From the NCBI GenBank assembly GCA_903939515.1, contig CAJAHH010000010.1, forward strand, positions 204,604 to 268,603: a DNA stretch of 64,000 nucleotides, read 5' to 3'. The notes beneath the pieces were generated by a model. The model had not been told where the DNA came from, ran no database searches, and saw only the letters and a program-made list of their open reading frames with translations. The stretch comes from an uncultured Verrucomicrobiota bacterium. Lineage in GTDB: Bacteria; Verrucomicrobiota; Verrucomicrobiia; Limisphaerales; UBA9464. A program made the translations under genes and the position numbers. Within the stretch, counting starts at the first letter, position 1, and every line of letters begins with the position of its first letter. Of the stretch, positions 10,028 to 19,621 are shown piece by piece.

Positions 10028-10525
10028 CTCCCGCACACCGAACGATCCCCGGGAACGCAGGCCCAGCCCCGCAGAGCCCCCACGGAACGCACCTTCGGAT
10101 CCCAAATCCCAATCCTCCATCAACCCCTCCCCAACGAAAACACACCCAGCCCCCAGCCACATACCGGCGGCAGCGGGGCTGGACCGCAGCGAGCATTGGA
10201 TCGCAGCACCCTGTTTTCCCCATCGCGCGACAGCGCGAAAACTCTCACCTCCCACACGATCCCTGCGAGCGCAGGCCCAGCCCCGCAGAGCCCCCCAAGG
10301 AACGCACCTTCGGATCCCAAATCCCAATCCTCCATCAACCCCTTCCTAAAGAAAACACACCCATACCCCAGCCACACACCGGCGTCAGCGGGACTGGACC
10401 GTAGCGAGCATTGGATCGCAGCACCCTATTTCCCCGAAGCGCGACAGCGCGAAAGCCCTCACCTCCCGCACGATCCCTGCGAGCGCAGGCCCAGTCCCGC
10501 AGAGCCACCCAAGACGCACCGAAGC
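10028..10525. repeat. tandem repeat, about 2.3 copies of a 214-221 bp non-coding unit
   Basis: The unit landmark ctccc recurs at 10028, 10249 and 10463. gcaggcccag recurs at 10058, 10271 and 10486. gagcattgga recurs at 10191 and 10406. By eye, copies agree at roughly nine positions in ten, with small indels. Confidence 0.9.
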
Positions 10526-12643
10526 TCAACGCGTGGCCGCTCGCTGCAAGGCCTCAGCCACAATACTGGGAGTTAGTACCACAGGCAGGAGTTCCGGAGC
10601 TTTAGCCAAGTCTGCGGAATACATCAGAACCAAAGGCACACCCCGGCGGCCATGCTTCTTGAGTTCGTCCGCGATGATCGGATCTCCATCAGTGAAGTCG
10701 CCCTCGAAAACACGAACTCCCAATTCCTTGATGCGCGCCCGAGTAGCGTCAATCTCGATGGCCGTCGCCTTATTCCACTTGCAGTTAAGACAACTGTCGG
10801 CTGTGAAATCCACCATCACCGGATGCCCCTCACGACGGGCTTGCTCGACCGCCGCAGCACTCCATTTCTGCCACTCCAACCCCTTGACCCGCCGGCCCGC
10901 CGGCGTACGCCAATCCAACTGACCTTCTAAAAAACCAAAGTATCCAGCCAGCAACAGCAAAGCGGCGACCCCCATGGCCCAACCCCGACCCCGGGTCGAA
11001 CGCTGCACAAACTCCCCCCAGACCCAGGTAGCCATAGCCAAGACCACCAAAAACAACCCGAACCACAACACGCCAGTGCCCGATTCACCCAAACGGCCGG
11101 CCGTAAACCAGAACAACCACATCGCCGTCGCCAACATGGGGAAACCCATGCCCACCTTGAAACGAACCATCCAAACACCCGGCTTCGGCAAGAAACGCAA
11201 CCAAGCCGGCTCCCAGCACAACGCCACAAACGGCAATGCCAGCCCCGCCCCGATGGCGACAAAGAACAAAAGAATTACCAAAGGCGGCTGAAGGAAGGCG
11301 AACGCCAGCGCCGAAGCCAAGAAGGGTGCCGTGCATGGAGTCGCCAAAACGGCCGCAAGAACTCCATTAAAGAAGGCCCCACTCCACCCCTCTTTTGAGG
11401 AAAGGTCCGAAGCCTTTTGCATGGCCGATCCGCCCAAGGTCAGCTCAAACACGCCAAAAAGATTCAAAGCCACCAAGGTGATGAGCACCGTGATCAGCAC
11501 TCGAAAAATAGGGTTCTGGAAAGGCGCACTCCAACTCGCCGTACCGCCCGCCGCCTGCACAGCCAAAGCCACGCCCGCCAAGACCAAGAACGACGCCAAC
11601 ACCCCTGCCCCATAGACCAAGCCGAGCGTCCGCACCCGCCGGGGCTCCTCCTTGGCCTGCTGCACGAACCCCAACACTTTCAGCGCTAAGACCGGCAGCA
11701 CGCACGGCATCACATTGAGGATGAGCCCACCCACGAAGGCCGAGAGCAGCTTGATGAGCAACTCCGCCATGGAAACAGGCTCAGGGCGTGCGGTTGCGAG
11801 GCCAGCCAATGCCGCCACAATGGGCACGCTGAATTCTACAGGCTCCGCCGCAGGTTCTGCCCCCTTCGCGACCAGCACTCCCTCTAATCGGTCGGGCCAC
11901 CCAGAGTCGCCAGCTGGAACCGTCTTGCGAATGCGAAGGAACCCGTTCTGCGGATCAAGGTATTCGGTTTTGATCGACACCGGGGCAACCCCTCCCACCG
12001 CCTCGAAAGGAAATACATCAAACCCCGAAATCCCAGATCCGGGCTTCCAAGAGATCACTAGTTTACGAGGCACAACGCCCTCGGAAGCCTCCCAGGTCGC
12101 GCTAATGGGAACGTCTTGAACCGTGCGCGGCACACGTTGCCTCGCCGACTGAATCTCCGCCGCATGGACGGAAACTTCATCTAGGCTAGCCACCGTGACC
12201 TGTGTCTCCACCGTGGCATTTCCCGGGACGCATTCCTCATGACATTCGAGCCATCGGACCTTGGCCTTGAGCGTGATGGGACCCAGCACTTGGCCGGCAG
12301 GAATCTCGATGGGAACCAGTAGCACGACGGTCCCGGAGTAGGTGAGCGTATCGAATTCCTTTTCAGTGGTCTTGTCGGGAACGGGCCACTGAATGGCTCC
12401 AGCCGTAACTCCCGGTGGCAGGGTCCACTCGACCCGAGTCTTAAGCCCCACCTCGTCACCCGGATGGCGCCAATAAATATGCCACCCCTCGGCCATTTGA
12501 AGGCGGATGGCTGCCGTGACCGTGGAACCGGGCCGGGCCGTGGACTGGTCGGTCCACACCTCGACGCGAGTGGCCGATTCCGCCCTCACTCCCCACTGTC
12601 CAGCCATCCAACCCAACAACAGCAACAAGCCTATCCAGCGCAT
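10526..12643 (-). CDS. DsbD/ScsB-like protein-disulfide reductase (N-terminal DsbD-alpha-like domain, CcdA-type membrane core, C-terminal thioredoxin)
   Basis: Signal peptide MRWIGLLLLLGWMAG. WLECHEECVPG lies in the periplasmic N-domain. The membrane core carries NVMPCVLPVLALK and ATPCTAPFL. The C-terminal thioredoxin fold has a CxxC motif (DSCLNCKWN). The ATG at 12641-12643 was verified. Confidence 0.85.
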   Translation of the reverse strand: MRWIGLLLLLGWMAGQWGVRAESATRVEVWTDQSTARPGSTVTAAIRLQMAEGWHIYWRHPGDEVGLKTRVEWTLPPGVTAGAIQWPVPDKTTEKEFDTLTYSGTVVLLVPIEIPAGQVLGPITLKAKVRWLECHEECVPGNATVETQVTVASLDEVSVHAAEIQSARQRVPRTVQDVPISATWEASEGVVPRKLVISWKPGSGISGFDVFPFEAVGGVAPVSIKTEYLDPQNGFLRIRKTVPAGDSGWPDRLEGVLVAKGAEPAAEPVEFSVPIVAALAGLATARPEPVSMAELLIKLLSAFVGGLILNVMPCVLPVLALKVLGFVQQAKEEPRRVRTLGLVYGAGVLASFLVLAGVALAVQAAGGTASWSAPFQNPIFRVLITVLITLVALNLFGVFELTLGGSAMQKASDLSSKEGWSGAFFNGVLAAVLATPCTAPFLASALAFAFLQPPLVILLFFVAIGAGLALPFVALCWEPAWLRFLPKPGVWMVRFKVGMGFPMLATAMWLFWFTAGRLGESGTGVLWFGLFLVVLAMATWVWGEFVQRSTRGRGWAMGVAALLLLAGYFGFLEGQLDWRTPAGRRVKGLEWQKWSAAAVEQARREGHPVMVDFTADSCLNCKWNKATAIEIDATRARIKELGVRVFEGDFTDGDPIIADELKKHGRRGVPLVLMYSADLAKAPELLPVVLTPSIVAEALQRAATR

Positions 12644-12765
12644 GGAGCAATCAAAAGGGACACCAAGCCCCTTGTCCAATCCTTCTGCCCGTACTCTGGC
12701 TCACGCGTCCAACTCTGACTCCGGTCGGCCCGTCGAAAAGTGCGCCCTACCGGACCCAGGCATAG

Positions 12766-12793
12766 AAAAAGGCGCGATGGAAACCATCGCGCC
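12766..12793 (-). terminator. rho-independent terminator downstream of the PEP-CTERM gene
   Basis: A 10-bp perfect stem ggcgcgatgg/ccatcgcgcc (12771-12793) with an aaa loop. On the minus strand it is followed by TTTTT (plus-strand aaaaa 12766-12770). Confidence 0.7.
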
Positions 12794-12823
12794 TGTAAAG
12801 GGAGGAAAACTTAGAACTGCCGT

Positions 12824-13531
12824 TTAGCGGCGGTTGCGGCGGAGGGCGGAAGCACCCAAGAACGCTGCACCGACCACACCGAGAGCCACCGTGGTGGGCT
12901 CCGGAACATTAGCACTCACGGTCATCTTGAAATTCGGTTCCTGAGCGGAGTTCAAAGCGCGAAGAGCCCAATCACCGCTGCCGGGACCGGTCTTCTGCCA
13001 GAAATCGGCACCCGACTGACCCACGTTCAAGTGAGGCTGACCGACGGTGGACTCAATGCCACCGAGAATCAAACCCTTGTCGGCGGCTGCAGTAGCACCC
13101 GAGAAGCTCACGGTCACCGTGAAATTCTTCGGCAGCTTCAAAGCACCGAACTGGGCCACGTAGGGAGCGTAGTCGAAGGTGGCCGTGTTGACGCCCGAGG
13201 AAATGCCGATGCCCGGGATGGACAAAAGCTTGGTGCCCGGGGAGGCCGCGCCACTGATCAAAGCGCCATCGTTGGCGTAGATGTTCAGGTTCATCGAACC
13301 ACCCAGCGAGGCGGAGTAATAATCGAAGGTCATCCCGGTGAAGGAATACCCTTCGGAGGGAAGGACGATCTGGTCACCATATTCATAGCCGCGGTGGCCG
13401 TTGGCGATGGAGGTTCCAACACCGTAGAACTCAGTGCCAGTTCCGGTGGTCGAATAAATGGTTCCGGCGAACGCCGACGACGTTGCGAGGGCGAGAGCTG
13501 CAGCTGCAGCAATAATCGAACGCTGAATCAT
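12824..13531 (-). CDS. PEP-CTERM sorting-domain secreted protein
   Basis: C-terminus VPEPTTVALGVVGAAFLGASALRRNRR (PEP motif, TM helix, basic tail). N-terminal signal MIQRSIIAAAAALALATSSAFAG. The ATG at 13529-13531 was verified. Confidence 0.85.
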   Translation of the reverse strand: MIQRSIIAAAAALALATSSAFAGTIYSTTGTGTEFYGVGTSIANGHRGYEYGDQIVLPSEGYSFTGMTFDYYSASLGGSMNLNIYANDGALISGAASPGTKLLSIPGIGISSGVNTATFDYAPYVAQFGALKLPKNFTVTVSFSGATAAADKGLILGGIESTVGQPHLNVGQSGADFWQKTGPGSGDWALRALNSAQEPNFKMTVSANVPEPTTVALGVVGAAFLGASALRRNRR

Positions 13532-13677
13532 GGTCAGATAATGGTTATAATTGAGACGGAGGAGAGCCCTCTTCGTGACCCGTCCTTTTGAAACTGTTAT
13601 GCCCAACGGAGAGGAAAGGGTCAAGTGAGGTTTTAAAATATTTTGCCGTTTCATTCAAAATCGCAGTCCCAGGCCTC

Positions 13678-16386
13678 TTAGCGATTTAGTTCGAGCCCGA
13701 TTTCACGTGCCTCTGATTGCGCCTGTTCCCAGGGTTTTCCGGGAGCCATGCCCGGTCTTTGGTGACCAACGAAGGTCAACCCCGCATCCTTAAGCAAACG
13801 CTGACGGCGCTGAATCAAAGCCCACCCATCGCGTGAGCCACGCGAACGATCCACCAACTCTTCCGGGTTCAGCGCATCCATCCACGCCCCCGCGGCACCG
13901 AGCATTCGAAGGGTTTCACGAGCCATCAACCAATGCCCCTGACGATTGGCATGAACTCCATCACCCGACAGCGTGAACACCGGATCTTGGGATCGCCGGG
14001 CGTCCAAAAATTGGCGCATGGAGCCATGCACATCCACCACCTGCCAACCGTTGGTTCGCTGCCCGACCAACCATTGGGAGTAGGCAGTCAATACCGAGTC
14101 GTATCCCTCGAAGGGCTGCGGGTAGGCGCTCATGCCGGAGGGCAGCGTACGACCCTTCAAAGGCTGGGGATCAAAAACCGGGGGCGTCAGGTGGAGAACC
14201 CGAACTCCTTCGTGAGCCGCGGCCTCATGCAATCGCCGCATCCCATCGCGGAACTTGGAAAAGCGCGATTCATCGAGAGGGAAATAAATCCCGTCGTTCA
14301 TTCCATAACAGGCCAGAATCAAGTCCGGCTTCAAACGGCTGAGAACCCGACCCAAGCGCTCATGGACGTCCGGCCGCGGAAAGGCTCCGCCAGCATGCCC
14401 GGCCTCCGACAGACCCGAGGCCGTCTCGCTGGGTAATCCCAAGTTGAGAATTTCGGGACGATGGTCGCTCTGAACCTGACGCAAACCGGCCTCCAAGAAC
14501 TCTACCCATTCGCCCGCGTAAGTAATGCTGTCTCCCAACACCACGATGCGCGAGGCCGCTCGAACCATCCGGGCCGCCTCCGTGGGCAAGGGCTCGCCGC
14601 GGACCGGCACCAAGCGGATTTGGCGCAAATCCATCACCGCCCCACCCACCTTGCGGGCTGGGTGCACCGCCAGCGTGTGGCGGCCGTGCGTGAGCGTCAT
14701 ACGCCCCAGTCGGCGGACAATGAAGTTCTGAAAATGTCCGGTCTCTTCGACGGTCCAGGGAATCACTTGATCCCCGATGCGCAACTCCACCTGGCTGCCT
14801 GCAGACCCTCGCCCGCAACCTTGAGTCAGCTCCACCTCAAAGGATCCTCCTTGGCTGAGCTCAAAACTCCAATCCACCCAATCCTCGGCGCGGCCCCACC
14901 AACCCAGCGTGTCCTTGAAGGGCATTGGTTCATACCGCAGCACCGTTCCGTGCACAGAGGCTGAGCGCGAGTGAAGGAGCACACTCCCATCCGCCGAGGC
15001 GGACAGGGGCTGAGCGTGATAATCCGGGTTAGCTAAGGGCCACTGGGCGCCGACGCGTCCCTGCCAGTCGGACAGGCGTCGTGCCAGTTCCATGACGCGG
15101 GCCGGTTGCTCGCTGGCCAGGTCGTGCGCCTCACTGGAATCTTTGGCGAGATCGAACAATTCATGACGCCCATCCTCGTAGTACTGGATCAACTTCCAAT
15201 CCCCAGCCCGGATCGCTGAATACGGCGAGGCCCCGCCGGGATGATAGTGAGGGTAGTGCCAACCGATCACCTCGCGACCAAGCCGTGCCGAGGGCTCTTT
15301 CAGGAGCCGTGTTAAATTCACGCCATCCTCCAAATTTTCCAAAGGGGTCGCCGACATCGCCGCGGCAATCGTGGCGGTCACGTCCATGGAGATCACCGGT
15401 TGCTCCACTTGTCCCTGAGGGACAGTGACTCCGGGCCATCGGACCACCAGCGGCACACGGATGCCTCCCTCGTAGGGGGACCCTTTGCCGGAGCGCAACG
15501 GCGCGTTGGAGGTAGGAGGGTTCTGCCCCAAGACGAGCCCGCCGTTGTCTGAAGTGAAGACGACGACGGTTCGACCGTTAAGACCGGCTTCGTCGAGAGC
15601 CGTGAGCACGCGTCCTACCGCTCCATCAAGACTCTCCAACATCGCCGCATACACAGCATTGGTCTGAGATCCACCGACCGACTGGGCTTTCTTGCGATAT
15701 TTTTCAACCAACTCGGCCTTGGCCTGAAGCGGCGTGTGCACCGAGTGAAATGCAATCTGAAGGAAGAATGGCTGATCCCGGTGTCCACGAATGAAGGCGG
15801 CCGCTTCAGCCCCCTCCCGATCGGTGAGGTATTCTCCGCGTGGACCGTCGGGAAGCTGCGGCAATCCATACGGCGAGAAATACGAAGGCGGCTGCCCTCG
15901 GTGGTCACCACCCAGGTTCACATCAAAGCCCTGTTGCAGGGGGCCCAACCCCTCCCCACCCAAGTGCCACTTACCAATGTGCGCCGTGGCGCGGCCCGTG
16001 GCCTTGGCTCGTTCAGCCAACGTTTGCTCGGCCAGCGGCAGCGCCTTCACCCAGTCGGCCGGGGGGCGTAGCTTGGCCTTGGGGGCATCATGGCCAGCGA
16101 TCCAGTCGGTGATCTTGAGTCGAGCCGGATACTTGCCCGTCAATAGTGCCGCCCGGGTTGGCGAACACACCGTGCACGCCGAATAGGCTTGGTTAAACCG
16201 GACTCCTTCCCGAGCCAACCGGTCGAGGTGGGGCGTCTCATAGAACCGACTGCCGGTGACAGCCAGGTCGTGAGCCCCCAGATCATCGGCGACCATCAAC
16301 ACCACATTCAGCGGCGGGGCGTCCGCCGCATGAACCCAACTCAAGGCCAGAAACAGGCATAACCAAAGACCGGATCGAGGAATCAT
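13678..16386 (-). CDS. tri-domain enzyme: formylglycine-type sulfatase + beta-sandwich (CBM-like) domain + SGNH/GDSL hydrolase
   Basis: Signal peptide, then DDLG and the canonical sulfatase motif CSPTRAALLTGKY. The C-terminal third carries all SGNH blocks: VVLGDSITY, YGMNDG, GDGVHAN. The ATG at 16384-16386 was verified. Confidence 0.85.
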   Translation of the reverse strand: MIPRSGLWLCLFLALSWVHAADAPPLNVVLMVADDLGAHDLAVTGSRFYETPHLDRLAREGVRFNQAYSACTVCSPTRAALLTGKYPARLKITDWIAGHDAPKAKLRPPADWVKALPLAEQTLAERAKATGRATAHIGKWHLGGEGLGPLQQGFDVNLGGDHRGQPPSYFSPYGLPQLPDGPRGEYLTDREGAEAAAFIRGHRDQPFFLQIAFHSVHTPLQAKAELVEKYRKKAQSVGGSQTNAVYAAMLESLDGAVGRVLTALDEAGLNGRTVVVFTSDNGGLVLGQNPPTSNAPLRSGKGSPYEGGIRVPLVVRWPGVTVPQGQVEQPVISMDVTATIAAAMSATPLENLEDGVNLTRLLKEPSARLGREVIGWHYPHYHPGGASPYSAIRAGDWKLIQYYEDGRHELFDLAKDSSEAHDLASEQPARVMELARRLSDWQGRVGAQWPLANPDYHAQPLSASADGSVLLHSRSASVHGTVLRYEPMPFKDTLGWWGRAEDWVDWSFELSQGGSFEVELTQGCGRGSAGSQVELRIGDQVIPWTVEETGHFQNFIVRRLGRMTLTHGRHTLAVHPARKVGGAVMDLRQIRLVPVRGEPLPTEAARMVRAASRIVVLGDSITYAGEWVEFLEAGLRQVQSDHRPEILNLGLPSETASGLSEAGHAGGAFPRPDVHERLGRVLSRLKPDLILACYGMNDGIYFPLDESRFSKFRDGMRRLHEAAAHEGVRVLHLTPPVFDPQPLKGRTLPSGMSAYPQPFEGYDSVLTAYSQWLVGQRTNGWQVVDVHGSMRQFLDARRSQDPVFTLSGDGVHANRQGHWLMARETLRMLGAAGAWMDALNPEELVDRSRGSRDGWALIQRRQRLLKDAGLTFVGHQRPGMAPGKPWEQAQSEAREIGLELNR

Positions 16387-16575
16387 GCCCTGAAGACTGA
16401 CCCGAGCCGGCCCGATGGGAAAGCGCGGAGAGAATTCGGATTGGAGCGCTTGATGGTCGCGCGGAGCGTCCGCCCCCCACGGATCATCCCAGCGCATCCC
16501 AGCGCATCCCGACGCACCGGCGGAATCGGCGTCTGCCCGTGCCCTGCTGCCGTTGGGTTCCCAACGGTGAGCGGC

Positions 16576-17835
16576 TCAGCCCACGAACCGCTTGCCGATG
16601 ACGATGGCGTTGTGGCCACCAAATCCGAACGAATTATTCAGAAAGGCATCGATCCTCATAGGTCGCGGGGTGTGAGGAATATAATCCAGATCACACTGCG
16701 GATCCGGATTCTCTAGATTGATGGTCGGCGGAGCGATTTGTGCTTCCAGGGCCTTGCAGCACAAAAGCGATTCGATGCCTCCCGCCGCGCCGAGCATGTG
16801 TCCGGTCGCTCCTTTGGTAGAACTAATGGCCAGCTTCCGGGCGTGGTCACCAAAAACCCGCTTGATGGCCTGGGTCTCGCAAACATCCCCCACCGGGGTG
16901 CTGGTGGCATGCGCGTTGACGTAGTCGATCTCCTCAGGACGCATCTCGGCGTGCTTGAGCCCCATCTGGATAGCCCGCGCCGCACCGGCTCCCTCGGGAT
17001 CAGGCGAGGTCATGTGGTTAGCATCGCACGTGTTGCCATAGCCCATAATCTCGCAATAGATACGAGCCCCGCGCTTCTTGGCGTGTTCCAACTCCTCGAG
17101 CACCAGAACCGCCGCCCCCTCCCCCATCACGAATCCATCCCGATCGCGATCGAAGGGTCGACTGGCGTGTTGCGGATCTTCATTGCGGGTGGACATGGCC
17201 TTCATGGCCGCAAAACCGCTCATGCCCAAGGGCACAACGGTTGCTTCAGTACCGCCAGCGAACATGACGGCCGCATCGCCGCGCTTGATCGCCCACCAGG
17301 CCTCACCAATGGCGTGGTTGCTGGTCGCGCAGGCCGAGCAGGTGGCAAAGTTGGGTCCGCGCAAGTTGTTGTAGAGAGCGAACAAACCCGAGGACATGTT
17401 CAAGATGAGCATCGGGATCATGAACGGGCTGACACGCCCTGGTCCCTTGGCCAACAAGATTTTGTGCTGCTCCTCGGTGGTGTGCAGGCCGCCGATGCCC
17501 GAACCGATGTACACGCCGATGTCGTCCCGGTTCTCAGTCTCCAAATTCAAACCCGAATCTTTCAAGGCACCCCAACCGGCATAGACACCGAAGTGCGTGA
17601 AGCGGTCGGAGCGGCGCACTTCCTTAGGACTCGGAAATGCGGGCACCGGATCAAACCCCCGCACTTCCGCCGCAATCTGGCAGTCGTAGGCGGAGATGTC
17701 GAAGGCACTCACGCGCCCGACACCGCATTTTCCGGCGATAATGTTTTTCCAGACGGTGTCGGCATCCAGCCCCAGCGGGGAGGCACAACCCAGACCGGTC
17801 ACAACCACGCGGCGTTCAGACCAAGCATTCGACAT
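16576..17835 (-). CDS. fabF: beta-ketoacyl-ACP synthase II
   Basis: RVVVTGLG N-terminus, active-site context ATCSACATS, HATSTPVGD, and the C-terminal NSFGFGGHN motif. Confidence 0.95.
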   Translation of the reverse strand: MSNAWSERRVVVTGLGCASPLGLDADTVWKNIIAGKCGVGRVSAFDISAYDCQIAAEVRGFDPVPAFPSPKEVRRSDRFTHFGVYAGWGALKDSGLNLETENRDDIGVYIGSGIGGLHTTEEQHKILLAKGPGRVSPFMIPMLILNMSSGLFALYNNLRGPNFATCSACATSNHAIGEAWWAIKRGDAAVMFAGGTEATVVPLGMSGFAAMKAMSTRNEDPQHASRPFDRDRDGFVMGEGAAVLVLEELEHAKKRGARIYCEIMGYGNTCDANHMTSPDPEGAGAARAIQMGLKHAEMRPEEIDYVNAHATSTPVGDVCETQAIKRVFGDHARKLAISSTKGATGHMLGAAGGIESLLCCKALEAQIAPPTINLENPDPQCDLDYIPHTPRPMRIDAFLNNSFGFGGHNAIVIGKRFVG

Positions 17836-17974
17836 AGTTCAGGGACAGATTACCCACCCTCTGAAGACACACAAGCGCGCGTCAACCCAGGTGTGGATTG
17901 CTGTTTACGGAGTGACTGCAATGAAAAAGGGCAGCTCCGGAAGCCGGGCTGCCCTGATGAAGCGGGTCGCAGGG

Positions 17975-18220
17975 TTACTTGGCCTGAGAGTCCTCGACGT
18001 GCTTAATCACGTCGCCAACGCTTTGAAGCTTCTCAGCTTCGTCGTCCGGGATTTCCAGACCAAATTCCTCCTCGAGAGCCATCACCAACTCGACAGTGTC
18101 GAGGGAGTCAGCGCCCAAGTCCTCTATGAACTTGGCTTCGGGAGTCACTTGCTCGGCGGTCACGCCCAGTTGCTCGATGATGATGTCCTTAATCCGCTGC
18201 TCGATGGTTTTATCAGCCAT
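17975..18220 (-). CDS. acpP: acyl carrier protein
   Basis: 81 aa with [19 protein letters not shown] (the phosphopantetheine-attachment Ser lies in DSLD). Confidence 0.95.
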   Translation of the reverse strand: MADKTIEQRIKDIIIEQLGVTAEQVTPEAKFIEDLGADSLDTVELVMALEEEFGLEIPDDEAEKLQSVGDVIKHVEDSQAK

Positions 18221-18268
18221 GGTAATTGTCTCGTTGGGGCGCCTGTCTAGGCGTGTGACACCCGACCG

Positions 18269-18769
18269 TCAAGTCCCCGTTCGCGAATTCTTCCTCGCTG
18301 CGGGTTTTTGTACAGGAGAAACCTCGCCCCCAATGAAGTTCTCACGTCGCGCTAAAGTGGCCAGCACACGCCCAGTGCAACCCATCGGCTCGCACACCAC
18401 CGCTCGCGGAGAGCGACTCTGCCGCAAGCACTTCAAAAGATGCTGCAACTCCCGCGATGAGAGGTCGGAGGGTACCAGGATTTTGAAATCGCCGTCCGGC
18501 TGGTCCTGGAAATCCAGAACATCAAAGCCCGCCAACGGCAGACGCGGGCGCACCAGATTCCAATGAGCCCGAGCATCGATTAGAAATACCAGCGGCCGGC
18601 GCTCCCAGGCCAGGCTGGCCACGTGCCGGCGATCCTCGGGACTCAATCGCTGCAACCATTCCGGGCTAGGGCCTTCGGGAACAAGCAGAGGCGGGGTCTC
18701 CGGTTCCGAAGCACCCGCCCAGTCCAGTAAGAATTCTCCCTGCCTTGATGAGGGTGACTGCGCGCTCAC
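18269..18769 (-). CDS. hypothetical protein inserted between fabG and acpP
   Basis: 166 codons. The GTG start overlaps the fabG TGA as GTGA (18766-18769, verified). No motif was recognised. Codon third positions are moderately G/C-rich, like the neighbours. Confidence 0.5.
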   Translation of the reverse strand: MSAQSPSSRQGEFLLDWAGASEPETPPLLVPEGPSPEWLQRLSPEDRRHVASLAWERRPLVFLIDARAHWNLVRPRLPLAGFDVLDFQDQPDGDFKILVPSDLSSRELQHLLKCLRQSRSPRAVVCEPMGCTGRVLATLARRENFIGGEVSPVQKPAARKNSRTGT

Positions 18770-19509
18770 ATCACCATGCCTCCATCGACCGTCAACACCT
18801 GACCGGTGACATAACGTCCTCCGGGACCCGCAAGATACAACGCCGCTTCAGCGATGTCCGAGGCCTGACCCAGGGACCCCAGGGGGATCTGCTTCAGGAT
18901 CGCCTCTTTTTGTGCCTCGTTGAGGGCTGCCGTCATGTCGGTCTCGATGAATCCAGGGGCGATGGCGTTGCAGGTGACACCTCGGGAACCAAACTCCTTG
19001 GCCACCGACTTGGTGAACCCAATCAAACCAGCCTTGCTCGCAGCGTAGTTGGCCTGACCGGCGTTGCCGATGAGCCCAATGACGCTGGCCAAGTTAATGA
19101 TCCGGCCAGAGCGCTGTTTGAGGAAGGTCCGGGTCAGCGCCTTGGTGAACAGGAAGGCTCCGCGCAAGTTGGTGTTCAGCACGGTGTCCCAGTCGGACTG
19201 GCTCATGCGCATCAGGAGGCCGTCCTTGGTCACGCCCGCATTGTTGACGAGGATGTCCACCCGCCCCGCCTGCTCGAGCAGGATTTCAGCGGCGGCGGCA
19301 ATGGCACCGGCATCGGAAACGTCCACGGCTAAGGCCCACGCCTTGCGTCCCAAGGCCCGGATCTCGGCCGCGGTTTTTTCAGAATTCTCCACCGTGCGCG
19401 AGACGACCACTACATCGGCACCGGCCTGAGCGAAGCGAAGTGCAATGGCTCGGCCTATTCCCCGACTCGCCCCTGTCACCACCGCCACTTGATTTTCCAA
19501 TTGAGACAT
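18766..19509 (-). CDS. fabG: 3-oxoacyl-ACP reductase
   Basis: VAVVTGASRGIG cofactor motif, NNAG, and the YAASKAG catalytic motif. The ATG at 19507-19509 was verified. Confidence 0.93.
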   Translation of the reverse strand: MSQLENQVAVVTGASRGIGRAIALRFAQAGADVVVVSRTVENSEKTAAEIRALGRKAWALAVDVSDAGAIAAAAEILLEQAGRVDILVNNAGVTKDGLLMRMSQSDWDTVLNTNLRGAFLFTKALTRTFLKQRSGRIINLASVIGLIGNAGQANYAASKAGLIGFTKSVAKEFGSRGVTCNAIAPGFIETDMTAALNEAQKEAILKQIPLGSLGQASDIAEAALYLAGPGGRYVTGQVLTVDGGMVM

Positions 19510-19621
19510 GAGCGGAGGAAAACCCGTCACCCCGGCTCCGGGCAAGGAGCTTCATTCACTTCACTGGCCGATGGCATCAGGAAGGTGACAAGCATCCAGG
19601 ATCCAGAAAGGCTCAGAACCG

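Noticed and set aside
10180-10195. Sigma-54-like GG-N10-GC spacing (tggaccgcagcgagca) inside the repeat
   Set aside because: It lies on the plus strand, pointing antisense into the DsbD-like gene. Only the GG/GC dinucleotides and a few other bases match the consensus. It is probably chance in GC-rich DNA.
10028-10525. Considered whether the repeat array is a CRISPR array
   Set aside because: The units are over 200 bp and directly abutting, with no short repeat / unique spacer alternation. No cas genes are in the window.
9939-10529. Minus-strand ORFs of 64-114 aa inside the tandem repeat (9939..10223, 9983..10327, 10120..10377, 10335..10529)
   Set aside because: Their similarity to each other only reflects the DNA repeat. 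The periods of 221 and 214 bp and the indels shift the frame between copies, so no conserved reading frame exists. The translations are Gly/Arg/Cys/Trp-rich.
16491-16510. Perfect 10-bp tandem duplication agcgcatccc x2
   Set aside because: It is a tiny duplication in the spacer upstream of the sulfatase-SGNH gene. No further copies or structure were seen, so it is not considered meaningful.
16738-18006. 422-aa plus-strand ORF overlapping fabF and the fabF-acpP spacer
   Set aside because: It is antisense to an unmistakable fabF and has an Arg/Gly/His-rich nonsense composition. It is a shadow ORF.
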